Of a DNA stretch of 59,846 nucleotides, positions 1-15,377 are shown in pieces. Origin of the DNA: Lama guanicoe. Taxonomy: Eukaryota. The translations under genes were made by a program, and so were the position numbers. The stretch covers positions 214,071 through 273,916 of the forward strand of contig MU054194.1 in assembly GCA_013239625.1 (NCBI GenBank), in the 5' to 3' direction. Position 1 is the stretch's first letter. Every line of letters begins with the position of its first letter. The notes beneath the pieces were generated by a model that saw only the letters and a program-made list of their open reading frames with translations, did no database searches and was not told the origin of the DNA.

Positions 1-1254
1 AAAATGGATTAAAGACTTAAACATAAGACAAGATACAATAAACCTCCTAGAGGAAAACATAGGCAAAACATTATCTGACATACATTTCAAAAATTTTCTC
101 CTAGAAGAAATAAAAGCAAGAATAAACAAATGGGATGCAATGAAACTTACAAGCTTCTGCACAGCAAAGGAAGCCAGAAGTAAAACAAGAAGAAAACCTA
201 CGGATTGGGAGAAAATTTTTGCAAGTGAAACCGACAAAGGCTTGATCTCCAGAATATATGAGCAGCTCATACGACTCAGTAAGAAAAAAATAAACAACCC
301 AATCCAAAAATGGGCAGAAGAACTAAACAAGCAATTCTCCAAGAAAGACATACAAATGATCAAAAACCACATGAAAAAAATGCTCAATATCACTAATTAT
401 CAGAGAAATTCAAATCAAAACTACAATGAGTTATCACCTCACACCAGTCAGAATGGCTGTCATTCAAAAATCCACCAATGACAAATGCTGGAGAGGCTGT
501 GGAGAAAGGGGAACCCTCCTACAATGCTGGTGGGAATGCAGTTTGGTGCAGCCACTATGGAAAACAGTGTGGAGATTCCTCAAAAGACTAGGAATAGACT
601 TCCCATATGACCCAGGAATCCCACTCCTGGGCTTGTATCCAGAAGGAAATCTACTTCAGGATGACACCTGCACCCCAATATTCAATGCAGCAATATTTAC
701 AGTAGCCAAAACATGGAAAGAGCCTAAATGTCCTTCAGTAGGTGACTGGATAAAGAATTGGTGGTATATTTATACAATGAAATACTACTCAACCAAAAAA
801 ACCGACAACATAATGCCATTTGCAGCAACATAGTTGCTCCTGCAGAATATCATTCTAAGTGAAGTAAGCCAGAAAGAGAAAGAAAAATACCATATGAGAT
901 CGCTCATATGTGGAAACTAAAAAACAAAAACAAAAAAAAACAAAGAAACAAAAACAAAGTATAAATACAGGACAGAAATAGACTCACAGACCGAGAATAC
1001 AGACTTGTGGTTACCAGCGGGTTGGAGGGTGGGAAGGGATAGACAGGGATTTCAAAATTGTAGAATAGATAAACAAGATTACACTGTATAGCACAGGGAA
1101 ATATACACAAAATCTTATGATAACTCACAGAGAAAAAAATGTGACAATGAGTGTGTATATGTCCATGAATGACTGAAAAATTGTGCTGAACACTGGAATT
1201 TGACACAACACTGTAAAACGATTATAAATCAATAAAAAATGTTTTAAAAAAAAG
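1..1254 (+). mobile_element. Young lineage-specific LINE-1, 3' part (ORF2 C-terminus, 3' UTR, A tail)
   Basis: ORFs 140-481 and 426-833 are L1 ORF2 C-terminal peptides ([18 protein letters not shown]) split by a frameshift. AATAAA plus A tail at about 1231-1253. Confidence 0.95.
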
Positions 1255-1790
1255 TCACATGTACCCCAATGGTCACAGCCCATGTATTTACAATAGTCAA
1301 GATATGGAAACAACCCAAAAGTCAACAGATGACATGATAAAGAAGATGTGATATATATATCTACAATGAAATACTACTCAGCCATATAAAAGAATAGAAT
1401 AATGCCATTTCCAGCAACATGGATGGACGTGGAGAGTGTCATTCTAAGAGAAGTAAGTCAGAAAGAAAAAAAATACCATATGATATCACTTATATGTGGA
1501 ATCTAAAAAGAAAAGGACCCAAATGAACTTATCTACGAAACAGAAACAGACTCACAGACATAGAGAACACACTTATGGTTATTAGAGGGTAAAAGGGGTG
1601 GGAAGGGGTACATTGGGAATTTGAAATTTTGCACCTCTTGGGGAGTGATGAAAATGTTAGCTATCTTGATTGTGGTGGTGGGTCATGTGTGTATGTATCT
1701 ATTAAAATTAATCAAATTGTTCATCTGAATTATGTGTAGCTTACTGTACAGGAATCGTACCATAATAAAGATGTTTTAAAAAGTACAAAA
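1255..1790 (+). mobile_element. Older LINE-1 3' end
   Basis: Degenerate L1 ORF2 end and 3' UTR motifs (tactactcagccat, gatatcacttatatgtggaatct). Confidence 0.85.
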
Positions 1791-1954
1791 AAATCAAATA
1801 TGCTAAAATAAATTTCTGTAATATACTACATTATGAGACTAGAGAAACAAAATACACACGATTATCCCAATATTTCCAGAAAAAGTGTTTGACAAAATCC
1901 AAGACCCCTTCAATGCCTTTCATGAGCACTAAACAAACTAGGAATTGAAGATGA

Positions 1955-4235
1955 TATGCTATGACCTGTACAGCCCAGAATTTCATATTAATTCCAAACC
2001 TCTGATACCTCGGAATGTAGCCTTAATTTGAAACAGCAGTTTTGCAGATGTATTTATTTATTGAAGTTAATATGAGGTCATACTGGAAAAGGTTGTTCCT
2101 ATAATCCACTATGACTTATGTCCTCATAGAAAAAATAAAAAAGTATACAAATGCACACACAACACCCACCCACCCACATAAACAGAATGTTGATATCTAT
2201 ATGAACGTGAAATATACTACTGTTGAGGTCTGGGACTGAAATGAGGAAGATCTTATTGGAAACCAGAGCAGATATTTTGGGTAAATTGTGTTTGGTTGAG
2301 TAGAATGTAGTGTAACTGAGCAGGACACTATGGGGTCTTCCCAGGACAGATCTCTCCCTTATATCCTCTGTTTTACCTCCTCTCTGAAGTACCTAGACAA
2401 TAGTTTCTGATACACATTTCCTGAGTTGCTTTAAAGATGTCAAAAAAAAAAAACACCAAATGGAAGATGATAACTATTTGATGACCATGGGCACATAGCT
2501 CCCAGGCCTACTGGAGCCTAAGGATTGTAAGTGTTAACGCTTGTGATACCACCTTATTACCTCACCATCAACAAATCGGAGAACCGTGATTACCCCCCAC
2601 CATCTCATCTGGCCTTTAACAATGCCTTCCTGAAACCCATCAGAGAGTTCAGGTGTTTTGAGCATTATCTGTCCCGACTCCTAGTATGGTGTCTTGCAAT
2701 TGACTATGCAGTTTCTTTTGCCAGAACCCAGTGTCAGTAGATTGACTTTACAGAATGCAGTCGACCAGACTCGAATTCAGTTTAGAAACAGTAGAACATG
2801 TAAGGAAAAAACAAAACCTCTATATTTGGCTGAGGAGGCATTTAAGCAGTGTTGAAAACTTGGTCTGGTTTCTCCTTGGCACTTATAATAAAACAACATT
2901 AGATGAATGTTTTGAAAAAAATTATAAAACAGAAAATAATCAGAAATGAAGATTCAGGAATTTCTCAGCTTAGCCATATTCCAAAGAAAGAAACAAACAA
3001 ACATAAGAACAAAATAGTGTGCTTTGGAGAAAACATCAAGACAGTGGCTAGACAAGGATTTGCTGAAGAGATTAAGTGTGGGACTTATGAGTCCAAGCCA
3101 CAAATTCAGCAGAAACACTGTAAAGTTGTAGTGAAGAGGAGAGAGATGGGACAAAATTAAGGAAGGCTTTTAGACTTCTCAGATTCTACTGGCAGGAAAT
3201 GGACATATAGAATTATTCAGCTGTGAATATGTGTTAATTTTCAAGTAAGTGTAAGAATGACCCTGAAGGTGGGGACACATCCTGGATTCCAGAGTGCAGG
3301 GCTGTCTCTTAAGGCTGAGGATATTAGGCCACAACCTTGGTGGACCCAGAGGACAGCACATTGAGTCAATGAGGATTATTCTCAAGCTTTAAAATCCAAT
3401 GGAAATTGACACAACATTGTAAACTGACTGTACTTCCATTCAATCAATCAATCAATCTAATGAAATTTGACCAGCTGGATTTTGGACCTGCTATCGATTC
3501 GTGATTGCTTTTTTTCTTCCTATTTCTCCTTTTTGAATGGGGATGTCTACCCTGTGACTAATTCATCATTGTATTTTGGGAGAAGATAACTTCTTGCCTG
3601 ATTTCACATGTTTATAGATGGAGAGATTTACCTGAGGATATATCATATCCTGTGTCTCACCCATTTAGATAATATATAGAAGAAAACTTCAACTTAGGAT
3701 TGATTCAGGAATGGGCTAAGAATTTTGAAGTATCAGGAAGGGGTAAATATGTTTAGTTTAGGAAAAACACATAAATGTTGGGGTGGGCAAAAGGTTGACT
3801 GTTGTTGGGAGACAGAGGATAGATGTGTTGAATTGAGTATCTCCAAACTCATATGTTTGATGTATAACATCCAGTACCTCAAAACTTGGCGTTATATTGA
3901 AATATAGTTGTTACGTACATATTGGTTAAGATGAGTTCATACTGGAGAAGGGAGGGCCTAATACAATGTGATCTGGGCTCTGATGAAAGGAAGAAATGTG
4001 GACGCAAACACTCACACAGGGAGAACATTGTGTAAGTATTGAATCCATGTGGTCAAAGCCAATAAATTTACAGAATCCAGGAGGAAAGACCTGGAATGGA
4101 TAATTTGCTAAAACTTTCAGAGGGAAGGTTGACACTTTACTTTTAGATGTGTAGCTTTCAAAACTGAGAAAATAAATTTTGTTGTTTAAACCATTCAGTT
4201 TGTGGTACTTTGTTACAATAGCCCTAGCAAAGTAG
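1955..4235 (+). mobile_element. MaLR (MLT1-type) LTR-internal-LTR remnant inserted in an old L1 ORF2
   Basis: Two related MLT1-like LTR segments (about 1955-2220 and 3795-4235, the latter ending tgtggtactttgttacaatagccctagcaaa) flank MLT-int-like sequence. L1 RT sequence resumes on both sides. Confidence 0.7.
2311..2790 (+). mobile_element. ERV1-class solo LTR with 4-bp TSD
   Basis: TGTAAC...AAACA termini flanked by GTAG at 2307-2310 and 2791-2794. Confidence 0.85.
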
Positions 4236-4239
4236 CACA

Positions 4240-5584
4240 GAAGGAAACTTGCCCAATTCATAATCCACCAAAAAACAAACAAACAAACAAACCAACACCA
4301 CCCACAATTAATATTATACTTAAAGTTTGAAGACTGAATGCTTTTCCCCAAATATGAACAACAGGACAAGGATGTCTGCTCTCATCAGTTTTGCTAAACT
4401 TTTTCCTGCAGGTTATAACCAGAGCAACTAGGCAATTAAAAAAAAAAAGCAAAAGACAACGCTCATTGAAAATGAAGCAATTAAAACTATCTCTATTCAC
4501 AGAATATGTGATCTAGACTGAAGAAAATCGTAAAGAATAACTAAACACTATTAGAAATAATAAATGAGTTAAATAAGCTTGTAAGGTACAATAACAATAT
4601 TGAAAAAGCAACAGTGTTTGTATATACTTCGAATAAAAAAATCCCAAAGAGATTGAGAAAACTTTCCATTTACAATAGTATCAAAACTAATAAAATATTT
4701 AGGAGTAGATTTACCAAAAGAACTATGAAACTTACTATTGTAACTACACAATAGTGTTGAAAGAACCTAAAGAAGGTCTAAATGAAAAAGAAGGCCCCCC
4801 ATTTCCATAAGTGGAAGAATTAATATTTAAAGTTGGCAATATATTTTGAATTGATCTTCAGATTCACTACACTATTATCATCCCATCTGGCTTTATGGTT
4901 GGTATTGATTACTTGATTCTAAAATTTATATTGTATTTCAAGGGACCCAGGATATTCAAAACAATCTGGAAAATAAGGAACAAAGTTGGGGTACCCACAC
5001 TTCTTGATTTCAGAACTTACTTCAAAGAACAGTAACCAAGATAGTGCTGTCCCAGGTTAAAGGTGAACATGCAGATCAATTGAAGAGAATTCATATTTCA
5101 GAAATAAACCTTTGTGTCCATAACAACTGATGTTTGACAAAGGAGCTGAGAGCATTCAATGGGGAAATAATACTTTTCAGACCAAAGGTGGTAGGACAAT
5201 TGATAGTGACATTCAAAATAATTAATAGCACCATGTACAAAGTTATCTCTGATTAGATCAAAAGCCTAAATGTGAGTGAAAACTTTAAAATTACTAGGAA
5301 AAAATATAGAATTATAGTCATGATCTTAGATATGGTAATTGATTTATTAAACGTGTCATCAACAGCAGAAACAACAAGAAACAGCCTAAATGTCTATCAA
5401 CAGATGACTGGATAAAGAAGAGGTGGTATATTTATACAATGGAATACTACTCAGCCATAAAACCGACAACATAATGTCATTTGCAGCAACATGGATGCTC
5501 CTGAAGAATGTCATTCTAAGTGAGGTAAGCCAGAAAGAGAAAGAAAAATACCATATGAGATCGCTCATATGTGGACTCTAAAAA

Positions 5585-5616
<32 letters not shown>

Positions 5617-6920
5617 ACCGAACAGAAATAGACTCATAGACATAGAATACAGACTTGTGGTTGCCAAGGGAGTGGGAGGTGGGAAGAGATAGACTGGGAT
5701 TTTAAAACTGTAGAATAGATAAACAAGATTATACTTTATAGCACAGGGAAATATATACAAGATCTTATGGTAGCTCACAGAGAAAGGAATGTGGCAATGA
5801 ATATATATATGTTCATGTATAATTGAAAAATTGTGCTCTGCACTGGAAATTGACACAACATTGTAAAATGATTATAAATCAATAAAAAATGTTAAAAAAT
5901 AAAATAAATTGGACTTGATCAAATTTAAATGTTTTCCCCCCAATGGACAATATCAATAAAGTAAAAAGACAATTTACAGGGTGATAGAAATAATTGAAAA
6001 TCACATATTTGCTGTCTAGAATAAACAAGTGACTCATAAAGCTCAATTACATAAAGACAAATAACTCTATTAAAAATGGGGTGGCAATGGATATAAGCAG
6101 GCATTTCTCCAAAAGGAATATTAAGATGACCAAAAAACATATGAAATCATACAGACCATCATTAGCCATCACGGAAATACAAATAAAAACCTCAATGAGA
6201 TACCACTTCACACCCGTTAGGTGGCTAGAATCAAGAAGTCAGATAAAAGCAAGTGTTGGCAGAATGTGGAGAACTGAATGTCTCATACATTGCTGGTGGG
6301 ACTGTAAAAAGGTGAAACCGCTTTGGAAAACGTGATTCCTCAAATGGGTAACATACAGTTACCGTATGACCCTGCAACTCCACTCTTAGGTATGTTCCCA
6401 TAAGAAATAAATATATCTGTCCCCAAACAGTCACAATCATTTAGAGCAGCAATATTCACAATTGCTAAAATAGAAATAACTCAAGCATTCATGGACTGAT
6501 GAATAGATAAACAAAACATCCAAACAATAGAATATCATTCAGCAATGAAAGTAAATTAAGTACTGATATGTGCTGCAACATGTGTAAACCTGGAAAACAT
6601 TAAGCTGAGTGAAAGAAGCTAGTCATAAAGGACCACATACTATGTGATTCTATTCATACGAAATTTCCACAAAAGTCAAATCCACAGAGACAGAGAATAC
6701 ATTACTGGTTTCTTAGGCCTGAGGGTTATGAGGGAACAGATAGAGAGGTGATAGCTAAAAGGAAAATATTTTCTTTTGGGGTGAAGGAAATATCCTGAAT
6801 TTGAATGAATACCCAGAACTTGATTGAACATATTTGTTAATATATAAGAATAATTGTACTGTACACTTTCAATGGGTAAATTACATGCTATGTGAAATAT
6901 ATCTTAATGTAGCTTTTAAA
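4240..6920 (+). mobile_element. Old L1 (L1MB-like) ORF2 and 3' UTR, with a young L1 3' end nested at about 5385-5900
   Basis: Degenerate RT and C-terminal motifs. The nested segment closely matches 730-1250. Confidence 0.85.
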
Positions 6921-6974
6921 TAAACAAGGGAAGAAAAAATACCTAATTATCCATCAAATAAAATCTGGATAATT

Positions 6975-9900
6975 ATATTTAAATATAGTTGATATACAAT
7001 ATTATGTTATTTTCAGGGGTACTACATAATTATTTGACATTTCTATATATTATGAAATGATCACCATGGTAAGTCTAATAACAATCTGTACCTATACAAA
7101 TATATTAAAATATTATTGACCCTATTTCTTATACTGTATACTACATTCCATGGACTTAACCTATTGTATAACTGGAGGATTGTACCTCTTAATCCCCCTC
7201 CCCTATATTTTGCCCACCCCTACCCCCTCCCTTCTGGCAACCACCTGTTTTTACTATTTATGTGTCTGCCTTTACTTGCTTATGTTTGTTTTCTGTTTTA
7301 CATTCCATGCATCAGTAAGATCATGCAGTATTCGTCTTTCTCTTGACTTATTTCACTTAGCATCATACCTTGTTGTTCTGTTCATGTATTCACAAATGGC
7401 AAGATTTTTGCTGCTGAGTAATATTCTATTCTGCAGTGTGTGTGTCTGTGCGTGTGTGTGTGTGAGTCTGTAACTTTATGTATTCATCTATCATGGACAT
7501 TTAGGTTCCTTCCATAGCTTGGGAGTTGTACATAATGCTGCATAAATGTAGGGGTGCATATATTTAAAAATTTTTTTTTTGTTTTCTTTGAGTAAACACC
7601 CAGAAGGTAAATTGCTGGATCATATGGTATTTTTCCTTTTAAATTTTTGAGAAGTTTCATATTGTTTTACATAGAAGTTGAACCAGTTTACAATCCCACC
7701 AACAGTGAACAAGGAATTTTTTTCCTCCACATCCTCACCAACACATCCTAATTGTTGTCTATTTGATAATAGACGTTATGACAGATGTGAAGAGGTATCA
7801 TATTGTGGTTTTGATTTGTATTTCCCTGATGAGTGATGTAGAATATATTTCCACTTGTTTGTTTGTCATCTAATGCCTTTTTTTGAAAAATGTCTATTTA
7901 GGCTCTCTGCCCATTTTTCAGGAAGACTGTGTTGCTTTCATTTTGTTGATGGTTTCCTTCACTGTAGAAAAGATTTTTAGTTTTATGTGGTTTCACTTGT
8001 TCGTTTTTGCTTTTGTTTCCCTTGACTGAGGAGACATAATCAAAAAAAAATATATATATATGGTTAAGACGGATGTCAAAGAGCATATTGTCTATGTTTT
8101 CTTCTAGGAGTATTACAGTTTCAGGGTAAGCCCTGAATGTAAGCATTTATGTTTCTATTTTGAGTTTATTTTTGTTTATGGTGTGAGAAAGTAGTTTAGC
8201 TTGATTTTTCTGCGTGTAGCTATCTGGTTTTCCCAACACCATTTATTGAAGATGCTGTCTTTTCTCCATTTTATTCTCTTGCCTCCTTTGTCATAGAGTA
8301 ATTGACCATGTAGGTGTGGGTTTCCGTTCCATTTATGTATGTATGTGTCCAGTTTTGTGCCAGTACCACACTGTTTTGATTATTGTACATTTGTCATATA
8401 CTCTGAAGTCAGGGACTGTGAAACTTTCAGATTTGTCTTCTTCCTCAATATTGTTTTAGCTATTTGGGGTCTTTTGTGATTCTATACAAATTTCAGGTTA
8501 AGATTGTATTGGGTAACATGGTCATTTAAAATATTGTTTTCAATCTATGAAAACAGTATATATTTCTGTCTGTTTGTGGCATCTTTAATCTCATTCATCA
8601 ATGTTTTATAGTTGACAAGTACAAGTCTTTTATCTCCTTGATTAGATGTTCTAGGTATCAAGCCTACATACTTTATTCTTCTTGATGCAATTATAAATGA
8701 GATTGTCTTCTTAACAATTTCTGTCTGAGAGATTATTGCTAGTGCATAGAAATCTGACAGATTTCTATATATTAATTTTGCATCCTGCAACTGTACTGAA
8801 ATTATTAGTTCTGATATTTTGTAGAAATTTTAGGATTTTCTATATCCAGTATCATGTCATTGAAACATATAGCAAAGAGTCACAGTTTTACTTTTCCCTT
8901 TTCAATTTGGATTTCTAAATTTATTTTTCTTGTCTGATTGCTATGGCTAGAATCTCCAAGGTGAATAAAAGCAGCAACAGTGGGCATCTGTGTCTCATTC
9001 GTGACTTTCGAGGAAAGGCTTTCAGCTTTTTCTCATTGAGTATGATGTTGGCTGTGAGTTTGTCATATATTGCCTTTAGTATATTGAGGAATGTTTCCTC
9101 AGAAGTAACGACTTTGTTGAGAGTTGTCATTAGAAATGAATGTTAGATTTTTGTCAAAAGATTTGTATACATCTATTGAGGTGATAAATGATTTGTAAGT
9201 TTGAATTTGTTAATGTGGTATTTCACATTGATTGAGCTACAGATATTGAACTTGAGTCCTTTAAATAAATCCCACTTGATCATACTATATGAGTCTTTTA
9301 ATGTGTTGTTGACCTTAGTTTGTGAATATTTTGTTGCGAATTTTTCTGCATCTATGTTCATCAATGATAATGGCGTATAATTTTATTTTTTGGGTGATAT
9401 CTTTTTCTGGTTTTAGTATCAGGGTGATGCTAGCCTTGTAGAATGAGTTCAGAAACTTCCTTACTCTTCAATTTTCTGGATCAGTTTGAGAAAAATAGCC
9501 ATTAACTCATCTTTAAGTGTTTGGTAGAGCTTACATATAAAGTCAGCTAGTCCTGGGCTTTTGTTAGTTGGGAGTTTTTTGTTTTTGTTTTTTGTTTTTA
9601 CTGATTTCATTTTATTACTGGTGATCTCTATTGATAATTAGAGATAATTAGTCTGTTCATAATTTCTATTTCTCTCCAAATTTGGTCTTGGGGTGTTGTA
9701 CACTTGAGGTATTTATCCATTTCTTCTATGTTCTCTTTATTGGTTTATAATTATTTATAACGATCTCTTATGATCCTTCATATTTCTGTGGTTTTGGCTA
9801 TAACTTCTCTTCATTTCTAATTTAAAAAATAATTGATCCCTCTCACTTTTTTAAATGATGAGATTATATAGCTTTTCAAAGAAACATCTCTTAGCTTTAT

Positions 9901-10451
9901 GGATATTTTTTATAGCTTTGTTCTCTATTTTATTTATTTCCACTCTAATTTTTACTACTTCTCTCCTTCTACTAACTTCTGGTTTTTCTGTTCCTTTTTT
10001 TTTTTAAATTCTGTATGATATAAGGTATATAAGGTCAGACTGTTTATTTTAGAATTTTGTTTCCTGTGTTAGGCCTGTACTACTATAAACTTGCTTCTTA
10101 GAAATGTTTTTGCTGTGTCATACTTTTTGTATCATTGTGTTTCCATTTCCCGTTGTGACCAAGTATTTTTAAATTTCATATGTGATATTCTTTTCAGTAA
10201 CCCATCGGCTGTATAGTAGCATTTTGTTTAACCTCCATGTGTTCACAGATTTTGTGTGTGTGTGGATTTTTTTCTTGTAGTTTATTTCTAATATCACATG
10301 GTTGTAGTCAGAAAAGATATTTCATATTATTTCAATCTTCTTAAATGTATTGAGACTTCCTTTATGACTTAGCATGTAATCTATCCTTGGGAATGTTCCA
10401 TGTGCACTTGAAAAGAATGGGTGTACTCTTCAACTTCTGGATGGAATGTCA

Positions 10452-10515
<64 letters not shown>

Positions 10516-13500
10516 ATCTATCTATCTATACAGGGGCAGACAGAGAGACAGAGAGAGAGAAAGAGAGAGACAGGTTTATTTTGGCCTAAGATGTCTTTTA
10601 ATGCCAGTGTTTCCTTACTGAATTTCTGCCTGGATTATCTGTCTATTGATGTTTGTGTGGTGTTAATGTCCCCTACTATTATAGTGTTTCCCTCATTTTC
10701 TCCATTCATGTCTGTTAATATTTGCTTTGTGTATTTAAGTACTTCTAATTTGGGTGCATAGAAATTTGCATTGATATATTGTCTTGCTAAATTGATTTCT
10801 CTATTATTATATAATACTTTCTCTGTCTCTTGTTACACTTTTTCTTTTAAAGTGTAATTTGCCTGAGATAAATATTGCTACCTGAGGTTTCATTTCATTT
10901 TTACCTGCATGGAATACCATTTCGATTCTCTCACTTTCAGTCTTTGTGTTTCTTTAGATCCAAAGCTGGTCTCCTGTGCGCAGCACATATTTGGGTCTTG
11001 TTCTATATCTATTAACCACTCTGTCTTTTGATTGGAGCATTTTTTCCCATTAGCATTTAAAGTGATTATTGATAGGTATGTACTTATTGTCACTTTGTTC
11101 ATTGTTTTCTGGTTGTTCTTGCATTTATTTTTGTTCTCCTTTTGCTCTCTTCTCTTATGATTTGATGACTATTTTTCATTTAATTTTTCGATATTTTTTT
11201 TCTTTTTCGCATATCAATGACTGATTTCCAGTTTGTGTTTACCATGACTTTTTTTTAATACCACAAACTACACACACACGCACGCGCACATGCACACACA
11301 TACATAAATAAATATTTTTAGCTAACAATCTCTTAAGTTTGAACATATTATAGTAATATTCCATTTTACTTCCCTCCCTTAAATTTAATGTTTTTTGATA
11401 TCATATTTAACATCCTTTGTTCTGTGTTTCCCTTAACTACTTATTGTGTATATAGGCAATTTTACTAATTTTGTCTCTTAACATTTCTACTCATTTTAAA
11501 AGTGCTTAATCTACTAACTTTACTATATATTCACCTTGACTAATGAGATTTTTCCTTTCATAATTTTCATACTTTTAGTTGTGTTATTCCTTTCCACTTA
11601 GAGAAGCACAGTTAAAATTTCTTGTGAATCCAGTTTTGTCATGCTGAATACTTTACCTTTTGCTTATCTGTGAAACTCTATCTCTCCTTTAAATATAAAT
11701 TGTAGCCTTACCAGTTAGAGTATCTTGGCTGTAAGTTTTCTTATTTTTCATCATGTTAAATATTTTTACCACTCTCTTCAGGCGTGGAAAATTTACGATG
11801 AAAGGTCAGGCACCTTGTATAAAACTAGATGTTTTCCTCTTGCTGCTTTTAAGATTCTCTGTTTTTAATTTTTGCCACTTTAAGTATATTGTGTCTTGTT
11901 TATTGTGTCATCTTTCTTGGTACTATCTGTGCTTTCTGGACCTAAATGTCTGTTTACTTCATCAAGTTTGGAAAGTTTTCAGCTTTTATTTCTTCATATA
12001 AATTCCCATTTCCCATCTCTTTTCCTTCTGGGACTTCTATGATGTAAATGTTAGTGTGCTTGATGATGTCCCAGAGATCTCTTATATGATCCTATTTTTA
12101 TTTCCTTTTTTATTTTTTTTTCTGTTCAGCTTGGTGGATTTGCACTACTCTGTCTTCCAGTTTGCTGATCCATTTCTAAGTAACATCTAATCTACTGTTG
12201 ATTCCTTCTAGTGTATTTTTAGAATTTAGTTATTTTATTCCTTATCTCTGTTTCTTATTTATATTTTCTAATTCTTTGTGAAAATTCTACCTGTGTTCAT
12301 CCATTCTTCCCAGGATTTCATTGAGCATCTTTATCATAAATACCTCTGTCTACTTTGCTTTGTTATTCTTCTGGTGTTTTGTATGCACCTTTGTTTGGAA
12401 CATATCCTTCTGTCTCCTCATTTTACTTAATTCTTTGTGTTTATTTCTACATATTAGGTAGGTTGATTACATCTTCCACTCTTGGAGATGTGACCTTTTA
12501 TGGAAGATGTCTTGTGGGTCTCAGTAGCAAACTTTCCTCTCATCATCAGAGCTATATATTCTAGGGATGCCTTCTATATAGTTTGCAAGGGCTCTTTTGT
12601 TTTGATGGGGCTGAGTGCCCTGGGTGTGCGCATAGGTGTGGCTGTCTCCTGGCACTTTGGCTCCCAGGCACTACCTCATGCCGTGGCTGCTGGCTCACCA
12701 TTGCGTGAGACTTGGTCCCTGCATAGCTCACTGTGCTGCCCATGGGGTCCTGGACTGGTGCTGGCCCACTGGTGGGTGGTGCAAGGTCCTGGCATGGCTG
12801 GCTGTATGGCCCATGGGGCCCTAGGACTGGTGCCTGACCACTGGTATACAGAGCCAGGTCCCAGCATGGCTGGTTACATGACCCAACATAACATGGGGTT
12901 AGTGATGGATGGCTGGTATGTGGGGCCTGTTACTCGTGTGGCCGACCACACAGCCTAGGGGTTCCCAGGGCTTATGCCTGCCAACTGGTAGGCTGGGTTA
13001 CATTCTATGGTAGTTAGCTTCAGGTGCCAGAATGGCCTGGGACTGGTTCTGGAATGCTGATGAGTAGGGATGGGTTCCCTTGTGGCTGGCTGCTCATACC
13101 AGTGGGTCTTGGTTTTGTAATCCCCCAGTACTATTAAGCTTTGAGGAGGATTCCAAAATGACTCTTGCCAGCATCAGTGTCCTCATTGTATTCTAAGGTC
13201 CACAAAATGGATGTCACCAGCATCTGTGTTCCCAGGGGGAGTCCCAGTTGCCTCTTGCCTCTCCAGGATGCTCTCCAAGATCAGTAAGTGAGTCAAATCC
13301 AGGCTCCATTCAACTACTGCCTTTGCAATGTCACTTGGAGTGTGTGAAAATTTGCACATTGCCTTTAAGAGCAGACTCTTTGTTTCCAACTGACTCTCCC
13401 TTTTGATAGCCCTGCTGGCCTCCAAAATCAGATGCTCTGGAGTCTCATCATCCTATTTCAGGGCCACAATGGTTTTGGTAGCCGGAGGGGAGGTTTGAAC

Positions 13501-13770
13501 TGCCCAATCCTTTGGAAGAAAATATGCAATTGTGATTATCCTTTCATTTGTGGGTTGCCTACCCAGGGGTGTGAGTCTTGGCTATACAATGTCGCCACCC
13601 TTCCTACACAAATTTTTGGTTGCATCTTCATATCTTTAATTGTGGAAAATATTTTCAGCTGTTCTTCAGGTCATTCTCATAGACAGTTGTTCTGTAAATG
13701 ACTGTAATTTTGGAGTGCCCATGTGAGGATGTGTGCTCAGGGTCTTCCCACTCTTTAACCTTGTCTCCCA
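6975..13770 (-). mobile_element. Near-full-length degenerate LINE-1 (3' UTR to GC-richer 5' UTR)
   Basis: Reverse-strand ORF2 peptides (8545-9364; endonuclease start 10890-11102), ORF1 remnants about 11600-12400, 5' UTR-like GC-richer segment 12400-13770. Confidence 0.85.
10455..10529. repeat. (TCTA)n tetranucleotide microsatellite
   Basis: Directly visible. Confidence 0.95.
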
Positions 13771-15377
13771 CTTCATATATTTAACTATTACTAATTAGCA
13801 TCCTTATCTTTTAGCTTGAATAACTGATTTCAAGATTGTTTTAAGGCAGAAATAGTGATGATGAATTCCCTCAGCTTTTGTTTATTTGAGAAAGTTTTCA
13901 CCTATAATTAATTTCTGAAAGACAATTTTGAATGATAAAATATTTTGGTTTGCAATTTGTTTTTCTTTCAGTACTTTGAATTTATCATCCTCCTTTCTCC
14001 TGCCTTCAAAGTTTCTCTGAGAAATCTGCTAATACTTACAGTGCTTCCTTTGTATTTGAGGTTGTTTTCTCTAATAAATTTACAATGTTTTGTCCTTGCT
14101 TTTACACAGTTTTAGTATAATGTAACATGGAGATGAATATCTTGGGTAAAATTTTGGTGTGACCTTAGCTTTATAAACTTGAACATGTAATCTCACCACA
14201 GTTTGGGAAGAACCCAGCCATTCATTATTTTCTTTTTATTGAAGTATATTTGATTTAAAACATTATAATAGTTTCAGGTGTATAGCATAGTGATTCAGTA
14301 TTTTTGCAGATTACTTTCCATCATAGGTTATCACAAGGAAAAGTCTATAATTCTCTATATGACACAGTATATCTTTGCTGCTTATCTATTTTATATATAA
14401 TAGATTTTATCTATTAATCTCATATTCCTTATTCATCACTCCCGCTTCCCTCTCCCCTGGGGTAACAATAAGTTTGATTTTATATCCGTGAATCTGTTTC
14501 TGTTTTGAATATATATGTTCACTTGTACATTTTTATATTTCACATATAAATGGTATCATAAAATATTTGACTTACTCTGTCTCCTTTATTTCACTATGCA
14601 TAATTATTGTCTAGGTCCATCAACATTGCTACAAATGGCAGGATTTTACTCTTTTTTATGGCTGAATTATATATACACACACACACACACACACATATAT
14701 AAAATATATGATATATATATATATATAAAATATATGATATATATATAAAATGACACCTTATTTATCCATTCTTCTGTTGATGAGCTCTTGGGCTGCTTCC
14801 ACCTCTTGGTTATTGAAAATAGTGCTGCAGTGAACCCTGGGGTACTCAGATTATTTTGAATTAGTGTTTTCATTTTCTCAGGATATATGCACAGGAATGG
14901 AATTAATGGATCATATGGTAGTTCTATTTTTAGTTTTTGAGGAACCTCCATACTATTTTCAAAGTGATTGCACCAATTTATATTTCCACTAACAGTGTAC
15001 AAGGGCTCACTTTTCTCGACATCCTCATTAGCATTTGTTACTTACAGATTTTTTTTGATGATACCCATTCTGACAGGTGTGAAGTGATATCTCATTGTTA
15101 TTTTGATATGTATTTTTCTGATGACTAAGGATATTGAGCACCTTTTCATGTGTCTGTTGGCCATCTGTATGCCTTTTTTGAAAAAATTTTCATTCAAATT
15201 TTGCAGATTTTCTTATTGAGTTTGGGGTTTTTTTTGATACTTAGGTGTACCAGCTGTTTGTATATTTTGGATATGAGTCTTTTGTCCATTGACTCATTTG
15301 CAAATACTTTTTCTCCCATTCTGTAGGGTTTCTTTTCATTTATTGATGGTTTTCTTTGTTGTGCAAATGCTGTCAGA

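Noticed and set aside
140..833. Host protein-coding ORFs here and in most of the ORF track
   Set aside because: They are frameshifted L1 ORF2 fragments, antisense L1 reads or microsatellite translations. No intact L1 ORF1 or ORF2 is visible.
12500..12958. 152-aa ORF and short GC-rich repeats
   Set aside because: Antisense read of an L1 5' UTR with internal repeats.
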